Assembly: GCF_021869535.1 (NCBI RefSeq)
Contig: NW_026262734.1
Span: 52,638,001-52,702,000 of the forward strand
Source of the DNA: Mytilus californianus
Lineage: Eukaryota
Direction of reading: 5' to 3'
Length of the DNA: 64,000 nt
Position 1 is the stretch's first letter; each line of letters begins with the position of its first letter. Under the pieces are notes generated by a model. The model was not told the DNA's origin. It did not search any database and saw only the letters and a program-made list of their open reading frames with translations. The translations under genes were made by a program, and so were the position numbers. Of the stretch, positions 60,884 through 64,000 are shown piece after piece.

Positions 60884-62403
60884 ACTGTACCGTTTTTTTT
60901 AATATTTTGGTCATTCGGGTGACTGTCAAGCGGGGCTCCGACATTCGAAAAAACAACAAGTTGCTGAATGTAAGTTTTGATTATCGCACGCGCTACAATA
61001 TTAAGTTTCTGCTTCAAGATTTGGTAACGAAAACATTCTACATATATATATATATATTTAAGTTCAAGCGCTCGGGATATAACAACTCCAGCGCTCGACT
61101 TTATATCTACAGCGCTACAATTTTTTATTCACAGTGCAGGACTTTGGATCTCAAGCGCTTGACTTTTTAATCAAGAGCGCTGGATTTTACGTCTCCAGCG
61201 CTGGCATTTAAAAAAAAAACACCCTCAGCAGAAAACAATCCAAAAATTATAAGGATCGAAAAAAAAAAACAATGCGAAATTATCTATTTTTTAGTTAACA
61301 AGGGGTGTTGCTGTTTTCTTCATTACGACGGCTTGTCTGTTCCTTATTTATTGATAAATTTGGGAACAAGTCTATGTATCTTTTTATATGAAAGTGAAAC
61401 TCCAAATTGATAAGTGCTTTTACATGCTTTGTAATATCGGATTTAACATAACATCGTGCATAAAAAAGAATAACAATGTTATAGCAAGTCGAGCAATCTG
61501 CGCTATAAATTGTACAGTTGAAAACGAAGTTTTAACGAATAAGTTCATTTTCGGTTTTCCCAATAAGAAACAAAGTACAACATTTATCTTGTATTTGTAT
61601 TTGCCAGCTTGTTTGTTAATGATAATATATATCTTACGTGTGTGTAAGTGCACACTTCTGTGAATATAAATGATAAGGACGTCTCGATTACTAGTTCTAG
61701 TAAGTGGAAAGCAATTTTAGGGAACACGACAGCCGATGATATGTATATAAAATAAATTATGTAGTGTAGACAGTTGTATAGATTTATAAATACGGTAGTG
61801 AAAAATAATCTGAGTTGGTTTTAAAGATATTTGATTTGTTAATCTCTTTTTTATATATTCTAAAATCGGGTTTTTTACATGCATACCCTAGCCAAAATCA
61901 TGACTCTGCTCCCATGCGACATTACAGAACTGATCCAAGTGATATAACAGTCGAAAGTTGTTTACCGACAAGTGACCGTACAGTTAAAAATATTTTGTGA
62001 CATATGTTTTTAAAGATTTAAAACTATTAGTGAGTGTAAACATATTGAATTCTAATTTGAGGAAAAAGTATATATTTATTCTTATTAAACAGCTTACAAA
62101 AAATCTTTTAAAGTCAAAATTTCAGCTGAATGAACACAATCATTTGCATAATTTTAGTCGTAGCTCTTAGTTCTATTTCCAATTTTTTCCATGTTTTCTT
62201 GCCGTAAGAATGTTTTCTGCACCCCTGTATGTTTGAATATTAATGACAGATACAAAAGTTTTCTCCTATTCATTACAAATAAGCCCCAGAGAAAAGTAAT
62301 GATATAAAACATTTAACTTCTCCGTAGCTGAAAATTATTTCGAATGTCGGAGCCCCGCTTGACAGTCTCCCGAATGACCAAAATATAAAAAAAAACGTAC
62401 AGT
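60884..62403. mobile_element. About 1.5-kb non-coding element with inverted repeats of about 66 bp
   Basis: ACTGTACCG-T-run-ATATTTTGGTCATTCGGGTGACTGTCAAGCGGGGCTCCGACATTCGAAA (60884-60951) is inverted at 62338-62403. The paralogous site near 46215-46228 lacks the segment. Confidence 0.85.
61067..61202. repeat. Phased array of AGCGCT palindromic hexamers with variable spacers
   Basis: Cores at 61067, 61090, 61111, 61133 (degenerate AGTGCA), 61154, 61176 and 61197. Spacing is 23, 21, 22, 21, 22 and 21. Confidence 0.9.
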
Positions 62404-64000
62404 GAAAATAACTTTGACAAAACATAACATAGAACAGGTGAAAGCCTGATAGAAATCTACGTAACCTAGTGAGTTTTAAATTTTTACAAATAGTTTTATT
62501 CGATTAAAGTGTACCATCAAAATTTTTCCAGAACAGAATTCAAAGTACTTGTCCTTGCCATTTTGTAAGACCATGATTTCCTTACAATGGAACTTAATTC
62601 GCCTTCAATTTTGAAGTAGTATTTCATCGATTAATTTTGTCATCAAGTATGAATTTAAGATGTTATTAAAACCTTTCGAAAGATTTAAACTGTATTTTAT
62701 TTCCTGGTTGTTCGACCTTCATTCGGCGAGTTGTAAATTCTGTAACTATGAATTTTAATTTCCTGTTCAAATGCTACATTAAAAAGTAGTACCAATCATA
62801 CTATTAAGAATGTTTTGAATATAAATGTTTATTATGTAGACCAACGACTGTATGGACTGTGGCAATAATACTTGTCATGAACAAATGAGAGTACACACAA
62901 AGTGAAATGTGCATGTGCAGTTTCACATAATAAGTGTAATACCACCATTGATTTTCCCCTAATAGTCTTTGTTAAATTTGCACTTTCCAAAAAAAATCCA
63001 AGGATTTATCTTCTTTTCAAAAAAAGAAATACTTTGCTTGAGTAATAATATCCTCATGAATTGTCATGCTTCTTGTGTAATACTTAATGTGAAAAGTGGG
63101 CTCGGAAAAGAACAATGTCGTTTAAATTCTAAAATTGAAAATTTATAAATAAGGAATTGCCTACTTTCAGTAAAGACATCATCGTATAAATTGAGCGAAA
63201 TTACCCCATTACATGTTCATTGGTCTCTTTTTTTGTGATGATCATAAGCAGTTGTCTTCTGTGTTGTTTTCTTAATTTTTTTTATTCATGTTTGGGGAAA
63301 TAGTAATAAATATTTTCAAAACCTTACTGAATGGAGCTGATTTTGACCACATATTAACATGATTAAGATGTTGTTTATTTTTCTGTCGATGAAGACCATC
63401 ATAAAACATTTTTAATTTGGAGACAGTCAATTAAAATGTAACTTATTTCACATTGGTTAGCTCAATAAATAAGCTGGTCTAAATTAACCAAATGTTCAGT
63501 TACTAGTAAGTTCGGTTTAAACAAGTTTCACTGTTTCATAAAAGTTTTTAATCCGTCAACTTAAAATCATTTCTACGTTTTGAAAGATTTTTTTATAACC
63601 CACGTAAACAAACACATTCCCAAAATTTATTTTTAAAAGGTGGGAAAAGAGCTAGAGCTTATTCATGTTATGCTAATATGTTGCTTGTTTATTTTTGAGT
63701 AGTTTGTCCATATGCTGCATGTTGTCTTGCTTTGGTACCACTATTTTCTAAACCTTTACAGACATTCAATGAGCTAATGAATCCATAACATCGACTCATA
63801 AGCTCAACCATTTTAAAGTCGGGAGATCACTTCAGTGTATACTCAACATGGTTAATTTGTAGTAGAGTGATTTTTAACACATGTTAAGTACTTACCTAAT
63901 CTAAACAATATCACAAGAAATTAATATCAAATCTGAATATCCTGGCAATATACGATTTGTTTTTCTTCAGAAAATTCTACTATTTTCCCTGTTTATTTAT

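Noticed and set aside
60778-61170. 130-aa ORF and the other 60-115 aa ORFs in the track not listed as features
   Set aside because: They run through TIRs, microsatellites or high-copy repeats, have F/I/L/K-biased composition typical of AT-rich non-coding DNA, and show no motifs or splice-phase support.

Overview
AT-rich, repeat-dense eukaryotic genomic DNA with GT-AG introns. The repeat families and gene types look like a bivalve mollusc, most likely a mytilid mussel (inference, not searched). No housekeeping gene, rRNA, tRNA or CRISPR-cas locus was seen. Three gene-like loci are supported, all on the + strand. (1) 1641-8879: a decayed nine-exon gene whose manually spliced product reads acidic linker - ParB/Sulfiredoxin-like domain - coiled coil - basic NLS-like patch - Tudor-like domain, an unusual architecture for an animal. 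(2) 24248-25017: an orphan exon encoding a truncated, motif-degenerate nSTAND3-type P-loop NTPase that runs into a hydrophobic tail. (3) 49740-57315: a three-exon, frame-intact gene (718 aa) with an N-terminal MGxxxS myristoylation-type motif, a DZIP3-type HEPN domain with intact RxxxxH, a linker and an nSTAND3 NTPase, but no recognisable ankyrin sensor. A diverged copy of its upstream region at about 60.8-63.9 kb suggests another paralog just past the window end. The rest is a patchwork of mobile DNA: a Harbinger relic, Penelope-like RT fragments, a SINE inserted with a 17-bp TSD, a LINE 3' remnant, Helentron-type (HINE) and Kolobok-type MITEs, and minimal hammerhead ribozymes. There are also several arrays of regularly spaced palindromes. 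All protein calls come from motif recognition by eye, not from HMM searches.
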